From Thermoanaerobaculia bacterium (lineage in GTDB: Bacteria > Acidobacteriota > Thermoanaerobaculia > Gp7-AA8), in NCBI GenBank assembly GCA_036261885.1, contig DATAJY010000005.1, forward strand, positions 152,720 to 216,719: a DNA stretch of 64,000 bases. Reading direction: 5' to 3'. A model generated the notes under the pieces. The model did no database searches. It was not told the DNA's origin and saw only the letters and a program-made list of their open reading frames with translations. Position numbers and translations under genes: made by a program. This document shows positions 26,591-35,911 of this stretch, piece by piece (the first letter of the stretch is position 1; each line of letters starts with the position of its first letter).

Positions 26591-27630
26591 GCCACCGCCT
26601 CCCGCTGCAGCACGCGGCCCATCACTTCGCTGCCGAAGATGTGCATCTCTTCGCGCTTCGGCCAGCCGGAGAGAATGAACTGCGTGATGCCGGCGGCCTG
26701 ATATTCGAGGATCGCGGTCGCCACTTCGTCGTACGAGCCGACGATGGCCGTGGCCATCATTCCCTGCGTCGCCACCGCGCCGGTCCAGAGCCACGGCGTC
26801 AGCCATTCGCGCGCGCTGTTCTCCATCGCGCTCTGCACCATCTGCGAATCGCTGCGCGACGCGAACGATCCGAACGAGCCGTGCACGCGGGCCGGGCCGA
26901 AATCGCGAAACGCGTGCGCCGCCTCCACTGCTTCGTGGTGCGTGCGCCGCGCGATGACCATCACGCGCAAGCCGGCTTCGACGCCGCGCGCGACGATCGG
27001 TGCGATGCGCGGCGCGATCTTCGACGGGACGTCGGCCGGCAGGAGCAGGCAGTTCGCATGCTTGCCCGCCACCATGCGCGCTCCTTCCGACGCGCCGCCG
27101 ACGTAGATCTGCGGCGCACGACTGCCATCGCTGGCGACGTACGCGGTGCGCACGCGCGCCTGTTCGACGCGGTAGTACGCGCCGTCGAAATCGACCACGC
27201 CGTCGCGCCAGATGCCGCGCGCGATGGTGAGGAATTCATCGGTGCGCGCCCAGCGGTCGTCGTGCTCGAGGTAATCGCCGTACGCGCGCTGTTCGTCAGG
27301 CGTGCTGCCGGCGACGATGTTCAGCGAGATCCGCCCGTCGATGAGCGAGGAGAGCGTGTTCAGCTGCTGCACGAACGAGGTCGGAGCGAGCAGCCCGGAA
27401 CGATAGGCGATGAGGAAACGGATCTTCGACGTGGCCATGCCGAGGGCGGTCGAGAGGACGATCGAGTCGGCTTTGTCGATGCCGAAGTCGACGAGCAGTG
27501 AGTCGAAGCCGAGCCGCTCTGCATCGCGGCAGAACGGGATCTGTTCTTCGAGATGAGGTGCGGAACAGTCGCGCATGTCGCCCGGCCGGTCGTCGCCCTG
27601 CGGTAAACGCCAGTGAAAGCGCGGTTGCAT
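26587..27630 (-). CDS. luciferase-like (LLM class) flavin-dependent monooxygenase (347 aa)
   Basis: TIM-barrel LLM features 'FDSLLVDFG...', 'RISLNIVAGSTPDEQRAYGD' and 'DEFLTIARGIW'. Paralogous to the next gene. Confidence 0.75.
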   Translation of the reverse strand: MQPRFHWRLPQGDDRPGDMRDCSAPHLEEQIPFCRDAERLGFDSLLVDFGIDKADSIVLSTALGMATSKIRFLIAYRSGLLAPTSFVQQLNTLSSLIDGRISLNIVAGSTPDEQRAYGDYLEHDDRWARTDEFLTIARGIWRDGVVDFDGAYYRVEQARVRTAYVASDGSRAPQIYVGGASEGARMVAGKHANCLLLPADVPSKIAPRIAPIVARGVEAGLRVMVIARRTHHEAVEAAHAFRDFGPARVHGSFGSFASRSDSQMVQSAMENSAREWLTPWLWTGAVATQGMMATAIVGSYDEVATAILEYQAAGITQFILSGWPKREEMHIFGSEVMGRVLQREAVA

Positions 27631-27631
27631 G

Positions 27632-28729
27632 TCAGCTCGCTTTCACCGTCATCGCGGCGGCGGAGGCTTCGCGATCGCGCACGCGCGGTGCGACTTCACG
27701 CGCGAAGATCTGCATCTCCTCGATGTCCGGCCAGCCGAGGAGGAGGAATTGGGAGACGCCGGCCGCTTTGTAATCGAGGAAGGAGTCGGCGATCTCGTCG
27801 TACGAGCCGACGAAGGCCACCGAGGCCGGTCCCATGAACGGCACCGCGCCGGTCCAGAGCGTCGGCGTCAGCCACTCGGCCTGTCGCGCCAGTCCGTACA
27901 CATTGCGGCTGGCCACCGAATCGGTGCGCGCGAGAGCCTGTTCATGCACCTTGCGCGCGCTGTCGTCGAACGACGCCGTCAGCGCCTCCGCTTCGGCGAT
28001 CGCTTCCTCGCGCGTGGCGCGCGCGATCACGGAGGCGATCAGCCCGGTCTCTTTTCCGGCCGCCGCCAGGCGCGAGGCCGTTCCTCCGACCACCGAAAGG
28101 ACGTCGGGGAAACGCCAGAGACAATCGGCGTGACGGATCACCGTCTCTTCGGCCGTGCGTGAATTGCCGCCGACGAAAATCTCCGGCGCGACGCGTCCGT
28201 CCGGGGCGATGTACCGGCTGCCCAGCCGTCCGTTCGCGACGCGGAAGTGCTGCCCTTCGAAGTTGACCGTGTTCTCGCCGCGATGCCAGAACGCGTTGCA
28301 GACGGCGAGGAACTCGTCGGTGCGGCCGTAGCGTCCTTCGTGGTCGAGGAAGTCTCCGAAGCTGGCCAGCTCTTCGGGAGTGTGTCCGTTGACGATGTTC
28401 AGGCAGACGCGCCCGTTCGTCAGCGCGGAGACGGTGTTGATCTGCTGCACGAACTGCGCGGGCACGTTCACGCCCGAGCGGATGGCGATCATGAATTTGA
28501 TCTTCGACGTCATCACGCCGAGAGAGGCCGCCATCGCGATCGGGTCGGGACGATACGAGCCATACGCGGTGAGCAGCGAGTCGATTCCGCACTCCTCGGC
28601 CATCAGACAGAAGTTCAGCAGCACTTTGAAATCGGGTACGGCCGACATCGCCGCGCGCGCCTGCGTGCGACGCTTCGGATCGGCCGCCGACGACATGCTC
28701 CAGTGAAAGCGCAGGGGTGCGTCGTTCAT
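27632..28729 (-). CDS. luciferase-like (LLM class) flavin-dependent monooxygenase, paralog (366 aa)
   Basis: Internal ATG at 28729 ('MNDAPLRFHWSM...'). 'RVCLNIVNGHTPEELASFGDFLDHEGRYGRTDEFLAVCNAFW' parallels the upstream LLM. The 624-aa extension in the ORF track is spurious. Confidence 0.75.
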   Translation of the reverse strand: MNDAPLRFHWSMSSAADPKRRTQARAAMSAVPDFKVLLNFCLMAEECGIDSLLTAYGSYRPDPIAMAASLGVMTSKIKFMIAIRSGVNVPAQFVQQINTVSALTNGRVCLNIVNGHTPEELASFGDFLDHEGRYGRTDEFLAVCNAFWHRGENTVNFEGQHFRVANGRLGSRYIAPDGRVAPEIFVGGNSRTAEETVIRHADCLWRFPDVLSVVGGTASRLAAAGKETGLIASVIARATREEAIAEAEALTASFDDSARKVHEQALARTDSVASRNVYGLARQAEWLTPTLWTGAVPFMGPASVAFVGSYDEIADSFLDYKAAGVSQFLLLGWPDIEEMQIFAREVAPRVRDREASAAAMTVKAS

Positions 28730-29678
28730 GGCAAGAGCTCCTTGTTCCTCGCCGCGCGCGCGATCCGCGCGAAGAAGGTCTCGGGAAGGTGATGGACGGG
28801 AGAGAGGAACAGCAGCGCGCCGATCACCAGCGAGGCGCCGGCGAGATCGGATGCTCGCAAGGTGCCCCCGATGGCGATCGTCGCCACGATGCCGGCGAGC
28901 AGGCTCGCGCCGCGATTCAGCGGGACGCAGAACGTGTTCTCGCGACGATCGAGATAGACGCTCGTGCCGAAGAAATAGAGGAAGCCGTACATCACGCCGA
29001 CGAGCAGCCCGGCCGGCCGCAGCGAGACGATGCCGCCGCGGATCGCTGCACCCGCCGGAGTGAGCGCCGCCAGCAGCGGCAGCAGCAACTGCACCGCCAG
29101 CGCGATGATCATCTCGCCGAGGAACCAGCGGCGGGTGAGCTCGGGATCCGAAACCTTCGCCGATTTCGTCATGCGCGGCAGACGCACCGCGTACGCCGCG
29201 AGATACGCGGATGTGTTCAACACGGCCACGAACGTCATGCGCGTGTCGCCCGCATTGGCGAGTGCGATGAAGAGACCGCTCATGCTCGCCAGCAGCGCGG
29301 CCCAGCAGAACCAGCGCACGCCGCGGCCGGTCAGCGTGTCGACGACCGGCGCGAGGATCAATACGCCGCCGCGCAACAGCAGCAGCGCGAACACGATCGA
29401 CACGCCGTCGAACGTGTAGGCGAGCGTGGTGGTCACGATGATCACGCCGGTGGCGAGGCCGGCGATGATGGTGTCGGCATCGAAGCGCGGTGCGACGCGC
29501 CACCATCCGAGCGAGGCTACGAGCAGCGGCAGCGTGATGGCGGTTCCGAGCGTGACCGCCGGCAATAACGACAGCCCCGGTACCTGCGCGCCGTCCGTGA
29601 CCTGCTTCACCAGCGCGGAGTAGAACGCGTAACAGACGAAGTAGCCGAACGCGAAAAACCAGACGATGCGATTCGTCC
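28726..29678 (-). CDS. polytopic inner-membrane protein (~10 TM; possibly DMT/EamA-like, 317 aa)
   Basis: ATG at 29678 ('MVPRTNRIVWFFAFGYFVCYAFY...'). Hydrophobic segments throughout. The stop overlaps the LLM start. Confidence 0.5.
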
Positions 29679-29698
29679 GCGGCACCATGGTCGTTTCC

Positions 29699-30940
29699 TC
29701 ACGGTTTGTAGAAAGACGCGTCGAAGGGCTTGCCGAGAGCGGCGCGTCCGATGGTCGCCAGAACCTGGTCGTCGTTGTCGTGACGGATGTAGAGCGCGAG
29801 ATCGCGAAGGATTCGTTCGATCGGGCTGGGACGATTGAGACAGCGCGCCCCGCACGCGCGAACGCAGTGCTGCACCGTTTCCTCGGCCGCATGCTCCGCG
29901 ACATGACGCACGCGGCTGCCGGCCACCTGCGCCTCCGCGTACCGTCCCGTCTCCCACAACGTCGCGACGTGACGCAGCCAGAGATGCGCGGTCGAGACAT
30001 TCACCGTCATCTTCGCGACGTGATGCTGCACGTACGGATCGTCGGACTTGTTCTGCACGCGGATGCAATCGAGCGCGTAGTCGAGCGCCGCCTCCGCCGC
30101 GCCGGTGAACGACGCCGCGTAATGCGGTGCGAAACAGGTCTGCCATCCTTCGCGGAGGTACTGGCCGGGATAGCCGATGAGATTCGCGTCCGGGATGAAC
30201 GTGCCGTCGAACTTCACGGCGTGGCTCACCGTGCCGCGCATGCCGATCGGATCCCACCACGAGCCGTCGACCGATACCGACGGATCGCGCAGATCGCACG
30301 CCATCAGCAACAGGTCGTCGACGTTGCCGCCCGCATGACGCGCACCGCCGGGGCCGGAGGTGTTGACGAGCAGGATGGCCCAGTCGGCGCCGCCGGCGCT
30401 GGTGGCGAATGCCTTCACGCCGGTCAGACGCCAGCCGCCTTCGATGCGTTCGGCATAGGTGCCGAAACGCGTCTTTTCTTCCGGTGCGCGCGATTGCGGC
30501 TCACCGCTCCACGCCACCCACGTTTCGCCGCGTTCGATCACGCCGCGGAACCAGCGATCTTTCTGTTCGTCGTTGCCCGCGCCGTCGATCAGCACGAGCG
30601 AGTTCATGTGCCCTTCCCAGCAGCGGGCGAGGGAGAGATCGGCTTTGGCGATCTCCTTGGTCAGCATCCAGAGCGTGAAGACGTCGCCGCGATACGGACC
30701 GAGCCCGTAGCCGCCGTGCGTGCGCGGGACGCAGGCGCCGAGGAGCCCGGCCGCGAAGAGGTCGTCGACGCTCTCGCGCGGAAACGTGGCCGTGGCGTCG
30801 TAGTGTGCGGCGCGGGGCGCGAGCTTTTCCTTCGCCAGACGCCGCGTCTGCGCGACGAGCTCCTGCTGCGCGCGATCGAGATAGACCGCCGCGATGCCGA
30901 GGTCTTCACCGGTGGCCGTGAGCGGATCGAGCGCGGTCAT
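29699..30940 (-). CDS. acyl-CoA dehydrogenase family protein (414 aa)
   Basis: Internal ATG at 30940 ('MTALDPLTATGEDLGIAAVYLDRAQQ...'), overlapping the upstream stop (ATGA). ACAD-like middle beta-domain and C-terminal helical domain ('GGYGL...', 'MRGTVSHAVKFDG'). Confidence 0.7.
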   Translation of the reverse strand: MTALDPLTATGEDLGIAAVYLDRAQQELVAQTRRLAKEKLAPRAAHYDATATFPRESVDDLFAAGLLGACVPRTHGGYGLGPYRGDVFTLWMLTKEIAKADLSLARCWEGHMNSLVLIDGAGNDEQKDRWFRGVIERGETWVAWSGEPQSRAPEEKTRFGTYAERIEGGWRLTGVKAFATSAGGADWAILLVNTSGPGGARHAGGNVDDLLLMACDLRDPSVSVDGSWWDPIGMRGTVSHAVKFDGTFIPDANLIGYPGQYLREGWQTCFAPHYAASFTGAAEAALDYALDCIRVQNKSDDPYVQHHVAKMTVNVSTAHLWLRHVATLWETGRYAEAQVAGSRVRHVAEHAAEETVQHCVRACGARCLNRPSPIERILRDLALYIRHDNDDQVLATIGRAALGKPFDASFYKP

Positions 30941-31344
30941 GGCCGCTCCCGATAGAAGAACTCGCGGACGAAGGCGCCGATGCGGCCGCTGTCGTCGGTG
31001 AACTCGCTCTGCGTGCCGAACACCATCACGCCGCGTCGCGGCATGGCCTGCACGTGCACGCGCTGGAATCCGAAATCGTAGTCGGCGGTGAAGGCGAAGA
31101 TCTCGCGTGACTCGAACGTCGTCGCGTAGGGCGTGGCCGCGGTCTCGCCCCATTCGAATTCGCCGCCGTCGCGGCGCGAGAAGACGTTCAGCAGCAGTTT
31201 GCCGTCCGCGGCGCGAAGCGTGAATCGCGGAATGCCGGTGGAATTGCGATTCGTGCAGCGCCACGTGCCGGTCAGGCCCGAGGCATCGAGCTCCGTCGCG
31301 CTGCCGTGCGTGACTACCTGTTCGTGTGTTGCCGCCGTCGTCAT
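30937..31344 (-). CDS. small beta-barrel (lipocalin/calycin-like) hypothetical protein, paralog A (135 aa)
   Basis: 'GTWRCTNRN...REFFYR'. Paralogous to the adjacent gene. The 'GxW' start is typical of lipocalin-type barrels. Confidence 0.5.
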   Translation of the reverse strand: MTTAATHEQVVTHGSATELDASGLTGTWRCTNRNSTGIPRFTLRAADGKLLLNVFSRRDGGEFEWGETAATPYATTFESREIFAFTADYDFGFQRVHVQAMPRRGVMVFGTQSEFTDDSGRIGAFVREFFYRERP

Positions 31345-31353
31345 CGCCTCACC

Positions 31354-31758
31354 TCACACCTGATGGAAAAACTCACGCACCGCGCGGTCGGCGCGACTGC
31401 TGCCGTCTTTCATCCGCACGAACGACACGACCACGAGCAAACCCTGATTGAGATTCGCCTCGAGGTCGGTCACGCAGAAGCCGAGATCGAACGACGCGCG
31501 CCAGGCACCGCCGGCGGCGGAATCGAGCGACGCGCCGTAAAGGAAGGTCGACCGCGTGATTCCCCATTCGTCGGGCGAGCCGTGCACGCCGCCGCTAACG
31601 CTGACGGCGAGCGCGCCATCGAGTTCGTCGACGCGAACGGAGGTGACCCAGAACGGCCGCTCGTTCGTGTTGCGCCACGTCCCGACGAACGGCGCGAGGT
31701 CGATCGGCGGCCGGGGCATCGGAAACGTGCGGTTCTCGTTGTCGCGCAGATACTCCAT
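31354..31758 (-). CDS. small beta-barrel (lipocalin/calycin-like) hypothetical protein, paralog B (134 aa)
   Basis: 'GTWRNTNER...REFFHQ'. Shares its motif pattern with paralog A. Confidence 0.5.
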   Translation of the reverse strand: MEYLRDNENRTFPMPRPPIDLAPFVGTWRNTNERPFWVTSVRVDELDGALAVSVSGGVHGSPDEWGITRSTFLYGASLDSAAGGAWRASFDLGFCVTDLEANLNQGLLVVVSFVRMKDGSSRADRAVREFFHQV

Positions 31759-31780
31759 CTCGTCTGCTCTCCTTCACGCA

Positions 31781-33227
31781 CTACGCACTGAGGGCCACGT
31801 CCGCGACCGGCTCGCGGCCGAGAATTCGTTTTGTCACCGCGGCCGGCATCTCCTGGCCGGTCATGAGGCGGAACTGCGTCATCGCCTGCGTCATCAGCAC
31901 GTCGCGGCCGTCGATGGTCAGCTGTCCGCGCTCGCGCATCGAGGCCACCAGAGGCGTGGCGCTCTCGCCGTACGCGAAGTCGATGACCACCGCGTTCGAG
32001 CTGAGGCTGTCGACGTTGAACGGCGTGGCCGTTCCATCGCGGCCCACCGGCGTGGCGTTGACGATCACCGAGTAGCCGCCGGCGGAGAAGCCGGCGAGCG
32101 GACGGAATGGCAGTTTCAGAAGATGCAGCGCGAACGACGCCCGATCGAAGCCGCGATTGACCATGGTCACGTCGGCGCCCGCCTGATGCAGCGCCGCCGC
32201 GACCGCCCGTCCCGAGCCGCCGCATCCGATCACGGCGATGCGCTGCTGTCCCGGATCGATGCCGCGCTCGCGCAGCGTGACCAGCACCCCTTCGGGATCG
32301 GTTGTGTCGGCGGTCCACTGATCGCCTTCCTTGATGAAGAAGTTGCTCGACCACGCGCGCTCGACGATTCGCGAGCGCACCTTCGTCGCCGCGAGCGCCA
32401 CCTCTTTGTGCGGCGAGACGATGCAGAACGCGCCGGCGTCGAAGCCGAGCTTCTCGATGGCGTTCTGCTCGACCACGTTCTGCCAGAAGAGATCGAACCG
32501 ATCGACGTGGAAGGGGAGATAGAGCGCCGGCCGGCCGATCGCTTCGAAGGCGGCGTTGTGGAGGCGCGGCGAAAGCGACTGCAGCACCGGACTGCCGACG
32601 ATGCCGAACAGCTCCCGGATCTCGCGCCGGTGCGGAAAGCCGTAGTCGGTGACGAGCTGCTCGACGGTCGGCAGGCCGGGCTCTTCGCTCCTGGTGAGCG
32701 TGGCCGTAATGAATGGTGCACCAACGAATGGCGAGACGAGGCGCGTCCAGAAGCCGATCGCGCCGGTGGCATACGCGGCCACGTCATTGCGGCCGCACTC
32801 GCGCATCAGCTGCAGCGGGAACAGCTCTTCTCCCGAATTGCGGACCTCCGCCTCGAGGCGGTACCAGCGCGCCGGAGTGAAAGTGATCTGATAAAGACGC
32901 TCGCGCAATTCGTCGAGCGAGTACGCGCGGCCGCGCCAGGTGATGATGCGGCGCTCGGCCGGAATCGCGCGCAGCACCGCGGCGGTGAGGTCGCTCTTTT
33001 CCAGCAGTACGAAATCGAAGCGCGCCGCGGCCTCGAGCAGGCAGGCGCGGCGTGCCGGCCCCCGTTCCCGCGTCGAATAGACGAGCGGACCATCGAATCG
33101 CGAGCGCACCAGCTCCGGATCGATGCCCTCCGGTACTTCCAGCAGCCCGGTTTCCGGCGGCAGAGCGGACAACTCCTCCATGAGGCGGTCGCGCGAGAGC
33201 GCCGCCATGATCAGCGAGGTGAACATG
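31781..33227 (-). CDS. bifunctional-looking 3-dehydroquinate dehydratase-like N-domain fused to shikimate/quinate dehydrogenase (AroE-like, 482 aa)
   Basis: Internal ATG at 33227. C-terminal half has the SDH signature 'GIVGSPVLQSLSPRLHNAAFEAIG' and NAD(P) Rossmann 'VIGCGGSGRAVAAALHQAGADVTMVNR'. The N-terminal ~230 aa resemble type-I DHQase; that call is weaker. Confidence 0.6.
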
Positions 33228-33270
33228 GTTGTATCTCGTAGACGACCGGCGCGTGCCGCGTGTGAAACGG

Positions 33271-33921
33271 CTACGGCGTGGAGTTGCGTTTCGTTCGCGG
33301 CGGCAGGTTGCGGCGCAGAATTTCCCGCGCCAGCTGCACGCGCTTGCGCACGTTGGCCTGCGTGATCGAGAGCTTCTGCGAAATGCTTTCGTACGGCGCC
33401 TCGGCGAGGAAATGGAGTTGCGCCACGTCCCGCAGCCGCGGCGGCAGTTCCGTGATCGCGCGCACGATGCACGCGTACCCCTCATGCGTCAGCGTCACGT
33501 CTTCCGGCGAGAGCGGCTGTTCCTGCGGATGTTCCTGCTCGATCTGCACGAGCTCCTCCGCCATCCCCACGCCGATGGCCATCCGCCGCTGCTCGCGCTG
33601 GATGTCGGTGCAGACGTTCAGCACGATCCGCGTGAGCCACGCCTGCACGTTGTTGATGCCGTTCGCGTACTGCGGCATCTTCGAGCAGGCCACCATCATC
33701 GACCGGCTCATCGCATCGGCCGCATCGCACGACAGCCCGTTCATGCGCCGCAGACAAACGTTGTAGAGATGGCGGTGATGGCGCAGCCAGAGCTGCCAGA
33801 AGGCATCGGCGTCGCCGCCGTCCAGCGCCTCCAGCAGCGTGCGTTCGGGGGTCTCGACATCGGCGACGGCCCGCGAGCCGGCGCCCCAATCCTCCTCCCT
33901 GCGGGAGATTCGAGCAGACAT
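33271..33921 (-). CDS. ECF-type RNA polymerase sigma-70 factor (216 aa)
   Basis: Region-2-like 'FWQLWLRHHRHLYNVCLRRM' and region-4 HTH 'YESISQKLSITQANVRKRVQLAREIL'. It heads the minus-strand operon. Confidence 0.75.
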   Translation of the reverse strand: MSARISRREEDWGAGSRAVADVETPERTLLEALDGGDADAFWQLWLRHHRHLYNVCLRRMNGLSCDAADAMSRSMMVACSKMPQYANGINNVQAWLTRIVLNVCTDIQREQRRMAIGVGMAEELVQIEQEHPQEQPLSPEDVTLTHEGYACIVRAITELPPRLRDVAQLHFLAEAPYESISQKLSITQANVRKRVQLAREILRRNLPPRTKRNSTP

Positions 33922-34083
33922 GTCCTCATCCTTTCTCTCGAAGGCAAGACCGAGGCGAAAACTGAAGCTATGTCTTAGGAGTGCAGTCCCGAAATAAATC
34001 CCTACCCATCCGAATAGGTAAATTTTTAGCGACTGCCGTTTTTGAGGGTTGGCAGGGGAGAAGGAAGCGCGAACGGTCCGCGT
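33922..34083 (-). promoter_or_regulatory. relatively AT-rich intergenic region upstream of the ECF sigma operon (putative promoter)
   Basis: ~50% GC stretch ('ccgaaataaatccctacccatccgaataggtaaatttttagcg') in a ~70% GC background. It lies between the stop of the upstream gene and the sigma ATG. Confidence 0.3.
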
Positions 34084-35460
34084 TCAGCGAGCCTGGAACC
34101 GGATCGTGGCGATGTTTTCGCCGGTCAGCACGCGCACCGAGATCGGCGCCGCGAACTCCGAGGCGATCTCGTAGAGCATCTGTCCCTCCGCCGCGGTGCG
34201 GTACGGCCAGAACTCGTAGGTTCCGGGCGGCACGTGCTGCAGGGAGATGTTTCCCTCGGCGTTGGTCATGAGCGAGAACCCGCGGCTGCTGAGCAGGCGC
34301 GCGATCTCCGGCGGCACGACCATGCCGTCGATGCGCATCAGCAGCCGCAGATCGGAGAACGCCTCACCGGCATCGGTCTTCAACGCCAACTGCAGCGACG
34401 ATGTCCCTTCCGGGACACGAACGGTCAGCGGGCCGGCGCCTTCCGCGCGTACCAGCGCGATCGACCCGCCCTGCGGCACGACGTAGATCGCGCAGACCGC
34501 ATCCGCCGGCAGCGCCACGTCGGCACGTCCTTCGGCATTCGAGGTCGCCGTCGATTTCACGTGGCCGTTGCACGAGGTGAGCAGTGTGGCGCCGGCGATC
34601 GCCGCTCCGCGCGCATCGACGACCCGGACGACGCGCGGCTCTCCGTGCGTGAGCGTCAGGTCGACGGAATGCTCTCCGCTCGGTCCGTTGAGCTCGAAGC
34701 GCGCCGCGTCGCTGTCGACATACGAAGGCATGCGCGCGGTCAGCGTCTGTGCGCCCTCGCGCACGCCGAAGAATTCGAAGGCGCCGTCGGGTCCGGAGCG
34801 CGCGCGCACCGTCAGCGCCGACTGGCTCGCTTCGGAGCGGAGATTCACCACCGCGCCGGCGATCGGCACTCGGTCGCGATCGACGACGTGGCCGCGCACA
34901 TGGCGGTCGGGCACATCGATCGTCACCAGTTGCGGAGCGACATACACGTCCGCGCGATGCGGCGCGGAGAGAGGATTGCGACTGACGCTCGCGGTGTAGA
35001 CGGCCGGCTCCCACAGCTCACCCGCGAACTGTCCGTCTTCGCCGGTCTCGACTCTCGTGTCCCAGCGCAGCTCGTCGTGCGTCAGGGCGATGGCCGCGTG
35101 CGGGATCGGCGCGCCTGCCAGCGTCGCGCGCAGGATGGTCTTCCCTTTCGGGATGTCGAGACGAACGCTGTTGCCGCTCGGGCCGAGGTTTGCTTTTGCG
35201 CTGAGACGTTGCAGCGGACGCGGTCCGCTCACCAGCACGACATACAACCCTTCGGACAAGCCGTCGAAGCGGACGGACGACTGTCGCGCGGCCAGCGTTT
35301 TCGCCGACGACCACTCCGGCGGCCGGCCCTCGACGCGAGAGGCGACGGCCACGTCGATCGGGCCGGTGAACCCGTGACGATTCACCTCCACGTTCAGCGT
35401 GGCGGCCGATGCGGTCTGAGCGAAGAGCAGGATGAACGCGAAAACGAACGACGCACGCAT
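34084..35460 (-). CDS. secreted protein with carboxypeptidase-regulatory-like beta-sandwich repeats (458 aa)
   Basis: Signal peptide 'MRASFVFAFILLFAQTASA'. Repeats such as 'GHVVDRDRVPIAGAVVNL', 'RVVDARGAAIAGATLL' and 'GLYVVLVSG'. Confidence 0.65.
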   Translation of the reverse strand: MRASFVFAFILLFAQTASAATLNVEVNRHGFTGPIDVAVASRVEGRPPEWSSAKTLAARQSSVRFDGLSEGLYVVLVSGPRPLQRLSAKANLGPSGNSVRLDIPKGKTILRATLAGAPIPHAAIALTHDELRWDTRVETGEDGQFAGELWEPAVYTASVSRNPLSAPHRADVYVAPQLVTIDVPDRHVRGHVVDRDRVPIAGAVVNLRSEASQSALTVRARSGPDGAFEFFGVREGAQTLTARMPSYVDSDAARFELNGPSGEHSVDLTLTHGEPRVVRVVDARGAAIAGATLLTSCNGHVKSTATSNAEGRADVALPADAVCAIYVVPQGGSIALVRAEGAGPLTVRVPEGTSSLQLALKTDAGEAFSDLRLLMRIDGMVVPPEIARLLSSRGFSLMTNAEGNISLQHVPPGTYEFWPYRTAAEGQMLYEIASEFAAPISVRVLTGENIATIRFQAR

Positions 35461-35514
35461 CTCACGACCTCCGGAAGGGGCGATCTCTCCCGCATTCGTG
35501 ATGGGCGGAGTGAG

Positions 35515-35835
35515 TTATTTCAGTTCGGCCGGCTGAGGCGTCCGGACTTCGGCCACCTGGGCCGGAGCGGTGACCGTCTTCGAGTCGAGCGACGGACGGC
35601 TGATCTCGATCGAGGAGACCTTCCATTCCGACAGCACAGGCGCCTGCGCGCGGCCGATGCAGTAGCCGTAGTATTCCTCGCATCCCGTCTCGGTGTATCG
35701 GCAACGGAATCCGCTGTACGGTTCGTTGTAGCACTCGTTCCAGTAGTAATCACACGCTTCACACTGCGGCGCGGCAAACGTCGGGGCCGCCGCGAGCAGC
35801 AACAGCGTACAGACCAGGATGATTCGGACTTTCAT
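35515..35835 (-). CDS. small secreted cysteine-rich protein (106 aa)
   Basis: ATG at 35835 preceded by AAGGAG. Signal peptide 'MKVRIILVCTLLLLAAAPTFA', then 'APQCEACDYYWNECYNEPYSGFRCRYTETGCEEYYGYC' (8 Cys, Tyr-rich). Confidence 0.5.
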   Translation of the reverse strand: MKVRIILVCTLLLLAAAPTFAAPQCEACDYYWNECYNEPYSGFRCRYTETGCEEYYGYCIGRAQAPVLSEWKVSSIEISRPSLDSKTVTAPAQVAEVRTPQPAELK

Positions 35836-35911
35836 CGTCTTCTCCTTCATTCGAGAAAGATCGCCTGAAAGCATTCTGCAACAATGGAGGGGCGTAAAAG
35901 AGTGAGGTAGC

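Noticed and set aside
27632-29506. 624-aa and 424-aa extended minus-strand ORFs (27632..29506, 28726..30000) and the 521-aa ORF (29699..31264).
   Set aside because: Recognisable domains (LLM, membrane protein, ACAD) each begin at internal ATGs that overlap the preceding stop. The upstream extensions overlap neighbouring genes out of frame and are low-complexity.
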